From positions 12,133 through 76,132 of the forward strand of contig JAGWXF010000010.1 of assembly GCA_018970025.1 (NCBI GenBank): 64,000 bases of DNA, read 5' to 3'. Shown here in pieces: positions 38,630-49,001 of the stretch. Within the stretch, counting starts at the first letter, position 1, and each line of letters starts with the position of its first letter. The notes beneath the pieces were generated by a model, which saw only the letters and a program-made list of their open reading frames with translations, did no database searches and was not told the origin of the DNA. The translations under genes were made by a program, and so were the position numbers. Origin of the DNA: Actinomycetales bacterium. GTDB lineage: Bacteria > Actinomycetota > Actinomycetes > S36-B12.

Positions 38630-38884
38630 TCAGGTAGCCGCGCCAGCCTGGAACTCGACTAGCTCGGGGACGAACCTGGCCACTCGCGCCGATTCGAGAG
38701 TGACCCGCCACAGGGATCGGCTCTCCGGCTTCAGGAAGTCCGCGAGGAACATCGCGCAGCTCACCAGCGGTCCGCGCCGGCAGACCACTCCGCACTGCGC
38801 CCAGACCTCCCCTGGGGGCTTGCCACGGGAGGCCACAGGCCAGCCTTCACGGCCGGTGTGGTGACACGACCGACTCCTGCTCAT
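38630..38884 (-). CDS. candidate unannotated small ORF (84 codons) in the trmD-rplS spacer; speculative
   Basis: Its ATG overlaps the trmD stop as ATGA. By my hand count, 68 of 84 codons end in G/C. The second half, MFLADFLKPESRSLWRVTLESARVARFVPELVEF, looks protein-like. I recognise no family, and the antisense ORF 38505..38864 shares the same wobble positions. Confidence 0.3.
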   Translation of the reverse strand: MSRSRSCHHTGREGWPVASRGKPPGEVWAQCGVVCRRGPLVSCAMFLADFLKPESRSLWRVTLESARVARFVPELVEFQAGAAT

Positions 38885-39591
38885 CGCGCGAGGTCCGGGC
38901 GGAACCGCTCAGTGCGCTCCCTCGCCTGATCCGCGCGCCACCGCGCGATCGCTGCGTGGTTGCCGCCCAGGAGGACCTCCGGGACGTCCAGTCCCCGCCA
39001 GCTCGGTGGCCTGGTGAAGACCGGTCCCTCGAGCAGCATCGACATGTCACCCGGCGCGAAGGAGTCGTCCTGGATGCTCTCGGCATTCCCGAGCACCCCG
39101 GGCATCAGGCGTGCCACCGCCTCGACGATCACCAGCACCGCCGCCTCTCCCCCGGCAAGGACATAGTCGCCGATCGAGACCTCGCGCACCCCGGCCCAGT
39201 CGGCCCGCCCGGCATAGTGCTGCACGACCCGCGCGTCGATGCCCTCGTAGCGACCGCAGGCGAAGACCAGCCACGGATCCTCGGACCACGCCTGTGCCAT
39301 CTGCTGCCCGAACGGCCGCCCGGATGGAGTCGGGAGCACCAGGGCAGGGCGATGGGCCGGGTCGGTGCCCGCGACCGCGTCCAGGGCCTCGCCCCAGACA
39401 ACCGGGCTCATCACCATCCCGGGGCCTCCCCCGTAGGCCGTGTCGTCGACTGAGCGATGCCGGTCGGTCGCGAAGTCGCGCAGGTCATGCACGCGCAGGT
39501 CGATCCGTCCTGCATCGATCGCCTTGCCGACCAGGGACAGTCGCAGCGGATCGAGGTACTCCGGGAAGACCGTCAGGACGTCGATGCGCAT
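38881..39591 (-). CDS. trmD: tRNA (guanine37-N1)-methyltransferase
   Basis: MRIDVLTVFPEYLDPL N-terminus and SPOUT knot region IGDYVLAGGEAAVLVIVEAVARLMPGVLGN. Confidence 0.95.
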   Translation of the reverse strand: MRIDVLTVFPEYLDPLRLSLVGKAIDAGRIDLRVHDLRDFATDRHRSVDDTAYGGGPGMVMSPVVWGEALDAVAGTDPAHRPALVLPTPSGRPFGQQMAQAWSEDPWLVFACGRYEGIDARVVQHYAGRADWAGVREVSIGDYVLAGGEAAVLVIVEAVARLMPGVLGNAESIQDDSFAPGDMSMLLEGPVFTRPPSWRGLDVPEVLLGGNHAAIARWRADQARERTERFRPDLAR

Positions 39592-40199
39592 CAGCCGGAC
39601 GAGGCCCGATCATCAGCGGCGCGGCCGGCGGAGTCTCGGTCAGGGCCGGCGTCGGGCTCACGATCGGTGCCGGGATCGGTGCCGCGATCGGGGCCGAGAT
39701 CGAGCAGGCCGCCGGGCGGATCGATCACGATCCGGCGCTCGGCAAGGCGGATCTCGGGGACGAACTGCTCCACGAAGGGCACCAGCACCTCAGGCTGCCC
39801 CGGCCGTCGGACCGCGAGCAGATCCTGGGCAGGCAGGTGCACGACCTCGCCCACCGTCCCGACGAGGGTTCCGTCCCGCAGGACCACCGAGCAGCCCTCC
39901 AGGGCGCTGTCGTAGAACTCGTCGGGGTCGTCGGGCCGGTCGTCGTCGGCCCGCTCGATCTGCAGCCAGGTGCCGCGCAGCGACTCCGCCGCGGTTCGAT
40001 CGCCGATATCGCGGAACGATATGAGCAGGCGCCCCGAGTGCCAGTGGGCTCGCTCGACGATCAGGGTCCTGGCTGACTCCCCTGCCCACAGCGCGGATCC
40101 GGGAGCGAAACGCTGCTCCGGCTCGTCCGTGCGCGGCTCGACGTAGACCTGACCGCCGATGCCATGCGGCTTGCCGACGCGGCCGATGACGACGCGCAC
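39591..40199 (-). CDS. rimM: ribosome maturation factor RimM
   Basis: Trimmed to GTG 40199 (VRVVIGRVGKPHGIGGQVYVEP), 7 nt after the KH-protein stop. Has a D/G/P-rich C-terminal tail. Confidence 0.9.
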   Translation of the reverse strand: MRVVIGRVGKPHGIGGQVYVEPRTDEPEQRFAPGSALWAGESARTLIVERAHWHSGRLLISFRDIGDRTAAESLRGTWLQIERADDDRPDDPDEFYDSALEGCSVVLRDGTLVGTVGEVVHLPAQDLLAVRRPGQPEVLVPFVEQFVPEIRLAERRIVIDPPGGLLDLGPDRGTDPGTDREPDAGPDRDSAGRAADDRASSG

Positions 40200-40206
40200 G
40201 CCCAGG

Positions 40207-40446
40207 TCAGCGCTCGGCGACGTCGAGGAAGTCGATGCGCACGCCGCGGCCGCCATGGAGCGCACCGATGACGGTCCGCAGGGCCGAGGCCGTCCGGCCC
40301 GACCGGCCGATCACCCGGCCCATGTCGTCGGGGTGCACCTGGACATCCAGGCTCTTGCCCCGACGGCCATTGCGCATCGTCACCACGACCTCGTCGGGAT
40401 TATCGACGATGCCCCGGACGAGGTGGGCCAGCGCCTCCTCGAGCAT
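40207..40446 (-). CDS. KH-domain RNA-binding protein (YlqC-like)
   Basis: 79 aa. KH signature GRVIGRSGRTASALRTV. Conserved rpsP-KH-rimM order. Confidence 0.9.
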   Translation of the reverse strand: MLEEALAHLVRGIVDNPDEVVVTMRNGRRGKSLDVQVHPDDMGRVIGRSGRTASALRTVIGALHGGRGVRIDFLDVAER

Positions 40447-40451
40447 GGTGA

Positions 40452-40967
40452 CTAGGCCTCGGCGGGCGCCGAGTCAACCGCCGCTGACTCCTCGGCGACC
40501 GGCTCCGCAGGCGCATCCGGCGAAGCGGAGGCTGCTGCTGGCTCGCTCACGGCAGGCTCAATCGCGGCAGGCTCGTCCTTCACCGGCTCTGCCTTGGGCT
40601 TGCGCGCCGCGGCCTTGGGCTCGCTGGCGGCATCCTTGACGGCCGCCTCGAAGACCACCGACTTGGCTACCTTCGGCTCGGCCACCTGCAGGGTGCCCTC
40701 AGCGCCGGGCAGGCCCTTGAACCGCTGCCAGTCGCCGGTGACCTTCAGGATCGCAGCCACGGCATCGGTCGGCTGCGCCCCGACACCGAGCCAGTACTGG
40801 ACCCGCTCGGAGTTCACCCGGATGACACTCGGGTTGTCCATCGGCTGGTAGATGCCGAGCTCCTCGATGGCCCGGCCATTGCGGGCCGTTCGGGCGTCGG
40901 CAACAACGATGCGGTACTGGGGCGCGTGGACCTTGCCCAGGCGCTTCAACTTCATCTTCACGGCCAC
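40452..40967 (-). CDS. rpsP: 30S ribosomal protein S16 with Ala/Pro/Glu-rich C-terminal extension
   Basis: ORF 40452..41135 trimmed to GTG 40967 ([26 protein letters not shown]), the canonical S16 start. Confidence 0.9.
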   Translation of the reverse strand: MAVKMKLKRLGKVHAPQYRIVVADARTARNGRAIEELGIYQPMDNPSVIRVNSERVQYWLGVGAQPTDAVAAILKVTGDWQRFKGLPGAEGTLQVAEPKVAKSVVFEAAVKDAASEPKAAARKPKAEPVKDEPAAIEPAVSEPAAASASPDAPAEPVAEESAAVDSAPAEA

Positions 40968-41154
40968 GGTGGGCGGTTCTCCTGTGCGTGGGCGGCACCC
41001 ATCGCCAGCCGCGTGGGGACACGACCTGCGCTGAGGGCCTTGCGGTGCCGGTCGGTCAGTTGAGAGGGTCTGGCGACCCGGCATGAGCGGGGATAGTCTG
41101 CCAGATGGTCGGGGATGCTGCCGCCACGGACCCAATCAGCCGCCCAGCCCCCGA

Positions 41155-42693
41155 TCAGCCGCCGAGCAGCCGCTTCAGGTCAGGCGGCAGCGAGCCCAGA
41201 TCCGGCGGGGCGAGCTGGTCGTCGGCACCTACCGGTACGCCTGCGCCCTGGCTGGCGCGCTTGGCGGGATTCCCGCTGCGGCCCTTCGCGCCCTTGGCGG
41301 GCCTGGCCGCCTTGGCCATCTTGCCCTTGGACTTCTTGCTCCCGCCGAAACCTGGCATCCCGGGCATGCCAGGCATCCCCGGCACGCCGCCCCCCTTGCC
41401 CATCTGGCGCATCATCTTCTGGGCCTGGCTGAACCGGTCGACGAGGCCGTTCACGTCGGTCACCGTGGTTCCCGACCCTCGCGCGATCCGAGACCTGCGC
41501 GAGCCGTTCAGGATCTTCGGGTCCTGGCGCTCCTGCGGCGTCATCGACTGGATGATCGCGGCAACCCGATCCAGCTCCCGGTCATCGACCTGGTCGAGCT
41601 GGGCCTTCATGTCGCCCATGCCCGGCAGCATCCCGAGGAGCTTGCTGACCGAGCCCATCTTCTTGACGGCCTGCATCTGCTCGAGGAAGTCCTCGAGGGT
41701 GAAGTCCTCACCCGAGCTGACCTTGCGGGCCATCCGCTCGGCCTGCTCGGCGTCGAAGGCCCGCTCGGCCTGCTCGATGAGGGTGAGCACATCGCCCATG
41801 TCGAGGATCCGCGAGGCCATCCGATCCGGGTGGAATGGCTCGAAGTCGGTGAGCTTCTCGCCCACGGACGCGAACATGATGGGCTGCCCGGTGACCCCCT
41901 TGACCGACAGGGCCGCGCCGCCTCGGGCGTCGCCGTCCAGCTTGGTGAGCACGACGCCGTCGAACCCGACCTGCGCCATGAACTCCTCGGCGGTGCGAAC
42001 GGCGTCCTGGCCGATCATCGCGTCGACCACGAACAGCACATCGTCGGGCTGCGCTGCGGCCTTGACCTGGCGCAGCTGATCCATCAGCGCGGCATCGACT
42101 GCCAGTCGACCGGCGGTGTCGACGATGACGACATCGTGCAGCTTCTGGGCGGCGAATGCCCGTGCCTGCCGGACGACCTCCACCGGATCGCCCACCCCAT
42201 TGCCGGGCTCCGGGGCGAAGACGGCCACCTGCGCCTGCTCGCCGAGGATGCGCAGCTGGTCGACGGCATTCGGCCGCTGCAGGTCAGCGGCCACCAGCAG
42301 GGGCGCATGGCCCTGCCCCTTGAGGTAGAGCGCCAGCTTGCCGGCCAGCGTGGTCTTGCCGGCACCCTGCAGGCCGGCAAGCAGGATGACCGTCGGCGGG
42401 TGCTTGGCGAACGCGATCGACCTGGCCTGGCCGCCGAGGATCTCGACCAGCTCGGCGTGGACGATCTTGACGACCTGCTGCGCCGGATTCAGGGCACCCG
42501 AGGCCGTGACCGCCAGGGCCTGCTCGCGGACCCTGGCCGTGAAGTCGCGCACGACCGGCAGCGAGACGTCGGCGTCCAGCAGCGCGGTGCGGATCTCCCG
42601 GACCGTCGCATCGACATCAGCCTCGGACAGCCTGCCCTTGCCGCGCAGGCCCTTGAAGGTCGCGCCCAGGCGGTCAGAGAGGCTGGCGAACAC
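41155..42693 (-). CDS. ffh: signal recognition particle protein Ffh
   Basis: NG domain with GLQGAGKTT and DTAGR. Met-rich M domain and basic tail. Confidence 0.95.
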   Translation of the reverse strand: MFASLSDRLGATFKGLRGKGRLSEADVDATVREIRTALLDADVSLPVVRDFTARVREQALAVTASGALNPAQQVVKIVHAELVEILGGQARSIAFAKHPPTVILLAGLQGAGKTTLAGKLALYLKGQGHAPLLVAADLQRPNAVDQLRILGEQAQVAVFAPEPGNGVGDPVEVVRQARAFAAQKLHDVVIVDTAGRLAVDAALMDQLRQVKAAAQPDDVLFVVDAMIGQDAVRTAEEFMAQVGFDGVVLTKLDGDARGGAALSVKGVTGQPIMFASVGEKLTDFEPFHPDRMASRILDMGDVLTLIEQAERAFDAEQAERMARKVSSGEDFTLEDFLEQMQAVKKMGSVSKLLGMLPGMGDMKAQLDQVDDRELDRVAAIIQSMTPQERQDPKILNGSRRSRIARGSGTTVTDVNGLVDRFSQAQKMMRQMGKGGGVPGMPGMPGMPGFGGSKKSKGKMAKAARPAKGAKGRSGNPAKRASQGAGVPVGADDQLAPPDLGSLPPDLKRLLGG

Positions 42694-42697
42694 CGCC

Positions 42698-45037
42698 TCA
42701 GGCTATCGGCTGCTCCAGGCAGGCGCGCACGGCGACCTGCACCGCCTCGGCGTGCTGCGAGCGCAGCGGCCGGCCGGCCCGGTCGGCGACGAAGAACACG
42801 TCTACGGCCTCTGACCCCAGGGTCGCCACCTTCGCGCCGGTGATGGTCACCTGCGCCTCGGCGATCGCCGTGGCGATCCGGTGCAGGAGCCCGGGCTCGT
42901 CATGGGCCCGGACCTCCAGGATGGTGCTGCGGTCCGAGCCGGAGGCGATGACCTCGACCCGAGGCGCGGCACGGGCGATCGCCCGTGTCGGACGATAGGC
43001 CTCGTCCCGCGCCCGCAGCCTGGCCTCGACGTCGAGACTGCCGTCCAGGGCCCGGCGCACGTCCTCCGCAATCCGCTCAGCGGCAGGCGGTTCGCCGAAG
43101 GCGGGCTCGACCGTCCAGACCTGCACCGCCCGATCGCCGATCGTCTGCACCCGGGCTCCGCGGACCTGCAGTCGATTGATGGAGAGCACGCCGGCAACCG
43201 CCGCCAGCAGGCCGACCTGGTCCGGTGCCGCGACCGTCACCTCGGTGCCGTCCTCGCCCTGGCCCATCAGGACCCAGACCCCGTCCTGGCCGAGGGCCAC
43301 GACCTGGTCGGGCGTCAGCTCCGGCGGCTGCGGCAGCGGCCGCCCGGCAAGGCTCGCGTGCACCCGTCGGACGAGCTCCCCGATCAGGGACCTGCGCCAC
43401 TGCGTCCACACGGCCGGTCCGGTCGCTATCGAGTCCGCCTCGGTCAGGGCGGCCAGCAGGTCCAGGAACTCCGGGTCCTCGACCGCCTCGGCGACATCGG
43501 CGATGGTCGCCGGGTCCTCGATGTCCCGGCGAGTCGCGGTATCGGCCAGGAGCAGGTGATGTCGCACGAGTCGGACGATCACCGCCGTGTCGTCGTCCGG
43601 GAAGCCCAGCCGCGGGACGATCCCCGCAGCCAGCTGCGCTCCGACGATGCTGTGATCGCCCCCGCGCGCCTTGCCGAAGTCGTGCAGGAGCGCGGCCACG
43701 AGCAGCAGGTCGGGCCGCTGCACGGTGCGCGTCAGGGCGCTGGCCTGGACGACAGCCTCGACCAGGTGACGGTCGACGGTGAACCGATGCACGGCGTTGC
43801 GCTGCGGGGCCGACCTGATGACCTCCCAGCCGGGGATCCAGCGGTCGATCACCCCCGCCTGGTCAAGGGCCTCCCAGACCCGGACGGTCGACTCGCCGGC
43901 ACCGAGCAGGGACACGAACGCATCACGGGCCGGATGACTCCAGGGCACGGGCAGCTGCGCCGACTCGCGGGCCAGCCGCTGCACGGCATGCGGGGCGACG
44001 GGCAGGCCAGCCTGGGCCGCGGCAGCAGCCAGGCGGAGGGCCAGGACAGGGTCGCGATCCGGATGCGCGTCGGCGGCGAGCATCGCCTCACCGTCCTGGA
44101 CGACCACGCCGTCGGCAAGTGGCACCCGCGTCGGCCCGCTGCGGCGCAGCTGCCGAAGGGCCAGGCGAGGGGCCTTGGCGGCCAGCCGGTCGACCCGATG
44201 CCAGGCCGCATCGGATGCGTACGCGATCGTGCGCGCCGCCGCGTACGCCTGCCGCAGCAGGTCGTCGGCGTCGGCCAGGGCCAGGGCAGCGGCGACCGCA
44301 TCCTGCTCCTGCAGTCGCAGGACATTGCCCGGCCGGCCGGTCGTCGCCTGCAGGGCATCACGGATATCGAGCAGCCGCTGCACCTCGGACTCCCAGCCTG
44401 CATGCGGGATATCCGTGATCCAGGAGGCGGCAATGGCCCGCAGCACGCTCGCCTCGCGCAGTCCGCCGTAGGCCTGCTTCAGGTCCGGCTCGAGCATCGT
44501 GGCGAGGTCCCCGAAGCGCTCGCGCCGGGACTGCACCAGCGCCCGCACCTGCGACAGCCGCTTGCCGGCCATGGCGCGCAGGTCGCCGAGCACCGCCTGG
44601 CACAGGTCGGCGACCAGCCCGGCATCGCCGGCCACCGGCCTGGCATCGAGCAGGCCGAGCAGGACCTTCGCGTCCTCGCTGGCCAGGCGGCGCGCCTGCG
44701 CAACGGATCGAACGCTGTGGTCCAGGGCGATGCCCGCATCCCAGATCGGATACCAGATGCGCTCCGCCAGCCCGGCCGCACGACGCTCGTCGCCGCGGTG
44801 GAGGAGCAGCACGTCCAGGTCGCTCCGCGGCCCGAGCTCCGATCGGCCATGCCCTCCCACCGCAACCAGGCAGATGCCTGCGTCAGGGCTGCCGGCAGCT
44901 TCGTCCGTCCCCAGGGCGAACAGCTCGCCGAGCCAGGTGTCCGTGGCCTGCGTCAGCGCGGCGCGAGCCCCCGGGCCACCCGGCCCGGGGGTCGCGACCA
45001 ACGCCTCGCGTTCGGCGAGGGCCTGTGCTGCCGTCAC
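42698..45037 (-). CDS. glnD: [protein-PII] uridylyl/adenylyl-transferase GlnD
   Basis: Trimmed to GTG 45037, 2 nt after the glnK stop. Nucleotidyltransferase, HD (LLHDFGK) and two C-terminal ACT-like regions. Confidence 0.9.
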   Translation of the reverse strand: MTAAQALAEREALVATPGPGGPGARAALTQATDTWLGELFALGTDEAAGSPDAGICLVAVGGHGRSELGPRSDLDVLLLHRGDERRAAGLAERIWYPIWDAGIALDHSVRSVAQARRLASEDAKVLLGLLDARPVAGDAGLVADLCQAVLGDLRAMAGKRLSQVRALVQSRRERFGDLATMLEPDLKQAYGGLREASVLRAIAASWITDIPHAGWESEVQRLLDIRDALQATTGRPGNVLRLQEQDAVAAALALADADDLLRQAYAAARTIAYASDAAWHRVDRLAAKAPRLALRQLRRSGPTRVPLADGVVVQDGEAMLAADAHPDRDPVLALRLAAAAAQAGLPVAPHAVQRLARESAQLPVPWSHPARDAFVSLLGAGESTVRVWEALDQAGVIDRWIPGWEVIRSAPQRNAVHRFTVDRHLVEAVVQASALTRTVQRPDLLLVAALLHDFGKARGGDHSIVGAQLAAGIVPRLGFPDDDTAVIVRLVRHHLLLADTATRRDIEDPATIADVAEAVEDPEFLDLLAALTEADSIATGPAVWTQWRRSLIGELVRRVHASLAGRPLPQPPELTPDQVVALGQDGVWVLMGQGEDGTEVTVAAPDQVGLLAAVAGVLSINRLQVRGARVQTIGDRAVQVWTVEPAFGEPPAAERIAEDVRRALDGSLDVEARLRARDEAYRPTRAIARAAPRVEVIASGSDRSTILEVRAHDEPGLLHRIATAIAEAQVTITGAKVATLGSEAVDVFFVADRAGRPLRSQHAEAVQVAVRACLEQPIA

Positions 45038-45039
45038 GG

Positions 45040-46718
<1,679 letters not shown>

Positions 46719-46818
46719 GAAGCTTCCTCCTCACACGAGTGACCTACTCGATGCGCAAGTGTTCGTGGCGAACATTGCGGCGAGGACGCCTCATTGTTTC
46801 CGGGATGCGTCAGGGCAG

Positions 46819-46850
46819 GCCCGCCGGTAACGGTCGTGTTACCGGCAGGC
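46819..46850 (-). terminator. stem-loop 12 nt downstream of the cytochrome b5 gene stop
   Basis: Arms at 46819-46831 and 46838-46850 form 12 bp with one mismatch, with a 6-nt loop ggtcgt. No U-tract, which is common in GC-rich actinobacteria. Confidence 0.5.
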
Positions 46851-46861
46851 CCCGGGGATGG

Positions 46862-47695
46862 CTACTGCACGAGCGGGCCGACCTCGAAGCCCGCGAGGAC
46901 CTTGTTCGGGGTGCGCTGGGAGCCGTGCTGGGCGACGAATGCGTCGGTCGCGTCGACCCCGCACATTGACTCGATCGGCCCGACCCCGCCGGGGTGCTGG
47001 TCGATCCACGAGGTGAGGTCGTACACCGTGCCCTTCACCACGCTCCAGCAGTCAGCCGCGGTTGCGTGCTTGGCCACCTCGGCCATGGTCAGGGCCGCGG
47101 TGCCGGACGGCGCCGCCGAGGCAGCCGAAGTCCCCGAGCCGCTCGCGGACGCAGCCGGGCCCGGGGTCGCGGGCGCCGACTGCCCCGATGATGCGGCCGG
47201 CGCATCCTGGATGCGGCCCTCCCACACGGCCGCGGCGCCGGTGTGACCCACCACCACGGTGAGCACAATGGCCGCAACGGCAAGGATGCAGCTGACGATC
47301 GCGGCGATGACGGTCAGGATCCCGGCTCGCTTGCGGCCCGCCTTGGCCTCGCGCAGCTGCAGCCAGAACCACGCCGCGGCCACGACGAACAGGACGATCG
47401 CGACTAGCGGGAGCCGGTCGCCAAGGCTCGCGTGCTCCGTCGGCCAGCCCACCCGAGCCGCGAAGGCCTCACCGGACTCCTTGGCCAGCAGGCTTGCGCC
47501 GGCACCTGCGAGCAGCCCGGCCAGGACGACCCAGCCGAAGGGCCGACGCCACTTGGGCACCACCACGATGGCGATGAGGGCAGCGGCGGCAAGTGGCAGC
47601 AGCACGACCGCGAAGTGGACCACCAGCGGATGCACGGGCAGGCCCAGGATCAGGTCGGTCGGGCCGGTTGACTGGGCGAACGGAGATGTCATCAC
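46862..47695 (-). CDS. membrane protein with C-terminal cytochrome b5-like heme-binding domain
   Basis: N-terminal ~4 TM helices, an Ala/Ser-rich linker, then CWSVVKGTVYDLTSWIDQHPGG...DATDAFVAQHG (HPGG heme motif). Confidence 0.8.
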   Translation of the reverse strand: MMTSPFAQSTGPTDLILGLPVHPLVVHFAVVLLPLAAAALIAIVVVPKWRRPFGWVVLAGLLAGAGASLLAKESGEAFAARVGWPTEHASLGDRLPLVAIVLFVVAAAWFWLQLREAKAGRKRAGILTVIAAIVSCILAVAAIVLTVVVGHTGAAAVWEGRIQDAPAASSGQSAPATPGPAASASGSGTSAASAAPSGTAALTMAEVAKHATAADCWSVVKGTVYDLTSWIDQHPGGVGPIESMCGVDATDAFVAQHGSQRTPNKVLAGFEVGPLVQ

Positions 47696-47784
47696 TGGCT
47701 CATTCGAGCAGAGGCCTGCCCCGGAGGAGAGCCTGACGCGGAAGCTTGGCGAACCCTTACGTCGCCTTTACCTCCACCCCTGGC

Positions 47785-48957
47785 CTACGCCTGCAGCAGG
47801 GCCTCGACGAACTCCTCGGCAACGAATGGCGCGAGATCGTCGGGGCCCTCGCCGAGGCCGACCAGCTTGACCGGGACGCCGAGCTCGCGCTGCACAGCGA
47901 CCACGATGCCACCCTTGGCCGTGCCGTCCAGCTTCGTCAGGACGATGCCGGTGATATCGACGACCTCTGCGAAGACCCTGGCCTGCACCAGCCCGTTCTG
48001 ACCGGTGGTGGCATCCAGGACGAGGAGGATCTCGTCGACTGGCCCGTGCTTCTCGACCACGCGCTTGACCTTGCCGAGCTCGTCCATCAGCCCAGCCTTG
48101 GTATGGAGACGTCCGGCGGTATCGATGACGACGACGTCCACCTCGGCCTGGCTGGCGATCGAGACGGCCTCGAAGGCCACTGAGGCCGGGTCAGCACCCT
48201 GCGGCCCGCGGACCACGGCTGCGCCCACCCGGTCCGCCCAGGTCTGCAGCTGCTCGGCCGCGGCAGCCCGGAAGGTATCCGCCGCGCCCAGCAGGACGGC
48301 ATTGCCCTCGGCAACCAGCAGCCGGGCCAGCTTGCCGGTCGTGGTGGTCTTCCCGGTGCCGTTGACGCCGACGACGAGGACGACCGCAGGTCGGCCGTCG
48401 GCACTGATCGCCAGCGAGCGATCCAGTGTGGGGTCGACCAGGCTCAGCAGGCTGTCACGCAGGACGGCATGCGGGTCCGCTGCCTGGCCCTGCTCGCGAA
48501 CCGATGTCCGCAGCCGCTGCATCACCTCGGCGGTCGGACCGACCCCAAGGTCGGAGACCAGCAGGGTCTCCTCGATCTCGTCCCAGGTCGCCTCGTCGAT
48601 CCGGTCGCGGCTCACCAGCGACAGCAGCCCCCTGCCGAGTGCGTGGTTGGAGCGGGCCAGCCTGGCGCGGAGTCGATGCATGCGACCGGCAGCCGGCGCG
48701 GGTACCTCCACCTCCAGCACGCCCAGCGAGCCGTCGACTGCGTCCGGCTCCTCCAGGTCTCCCGGGAGGCTGACCTGCCCTGCGTCGATCGCGGCCGCGC
48801 CGCTGTCGACCGGCCCCGAGGCTGCAGCCGCGCCGCCCGGCGTGCCTGAACTGGGCAGCCCGCGGGCCCGCCGGCCGCGTACCAGGCTGGTCGAGGCGAT
48901 CACGATGACGAGCAGGACGACCACGGCAATGCCCGCGACGACGGCAATGGAATCCAT
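47785..48957 (-). CDS. ftsY: signal recognition particle receptor FtsY
   Basis: NG domain with GVNGTGKTTT and DTAGRL. N-terminal TM/acidic region. Confidence 0.95.
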   Translation of the reverse strand: MDSIAVVAGIAVVVLLVIVIASTSLVRGRRARGLPSSGTPGGAAAASGPVDSGAAAIDAGQVSLPGDLEEPDAVDGSLGVLEVEVPAPAAGRMHRLRARLARSNHALGRGLLSLVSRDRIDEATWDEIEETLLVSDLGVGPTAEVMQRLRTSVREQGQAADPHAVLRDSLLSLVDPTLDRSLAISADGRPAVVLVVGVNGTGKTTTTGKLARLLVAEGNAVLLGAADTFRAAAAEQLQTWADRVGAAVVRGPQGADPASVAFEAVSIASQAEVDVVVIDTAGRLHTKAGLMDELGKVKRVVEKHGPVDEILLVLDATTGQNGLVQARVFAEVVDITGIVLTKLDGTAKGGIVVAVQRELGVPVKLVGLGEGPDDLAPFVAEEFVEALLQA

Positions 48958-49001
48958 CCGGGCATCCTTGCACCCGCCCCGCAGGAGTCCCCAGTGACGG
49001 G

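Noticed and set aside
38505-38864. 119-aa plus-strand ORF in the trmD-rplS spacer. By position it is reminiscent of the opposite-strand lipoprotein gene found between rplS and trmD in mycobacteria.
   Set aside because: The translation is Pro/Ala/Ser/Thr/Arg-rich with no hydrophobic signal peptide or proper lipobox, and it has no Shine-Dalgarno. It shares wobble positions with the minus-strand candidate, so its high GC3 is not independent evidence. It is less plausible than the minus-strand ORF, which is itself uncertain.
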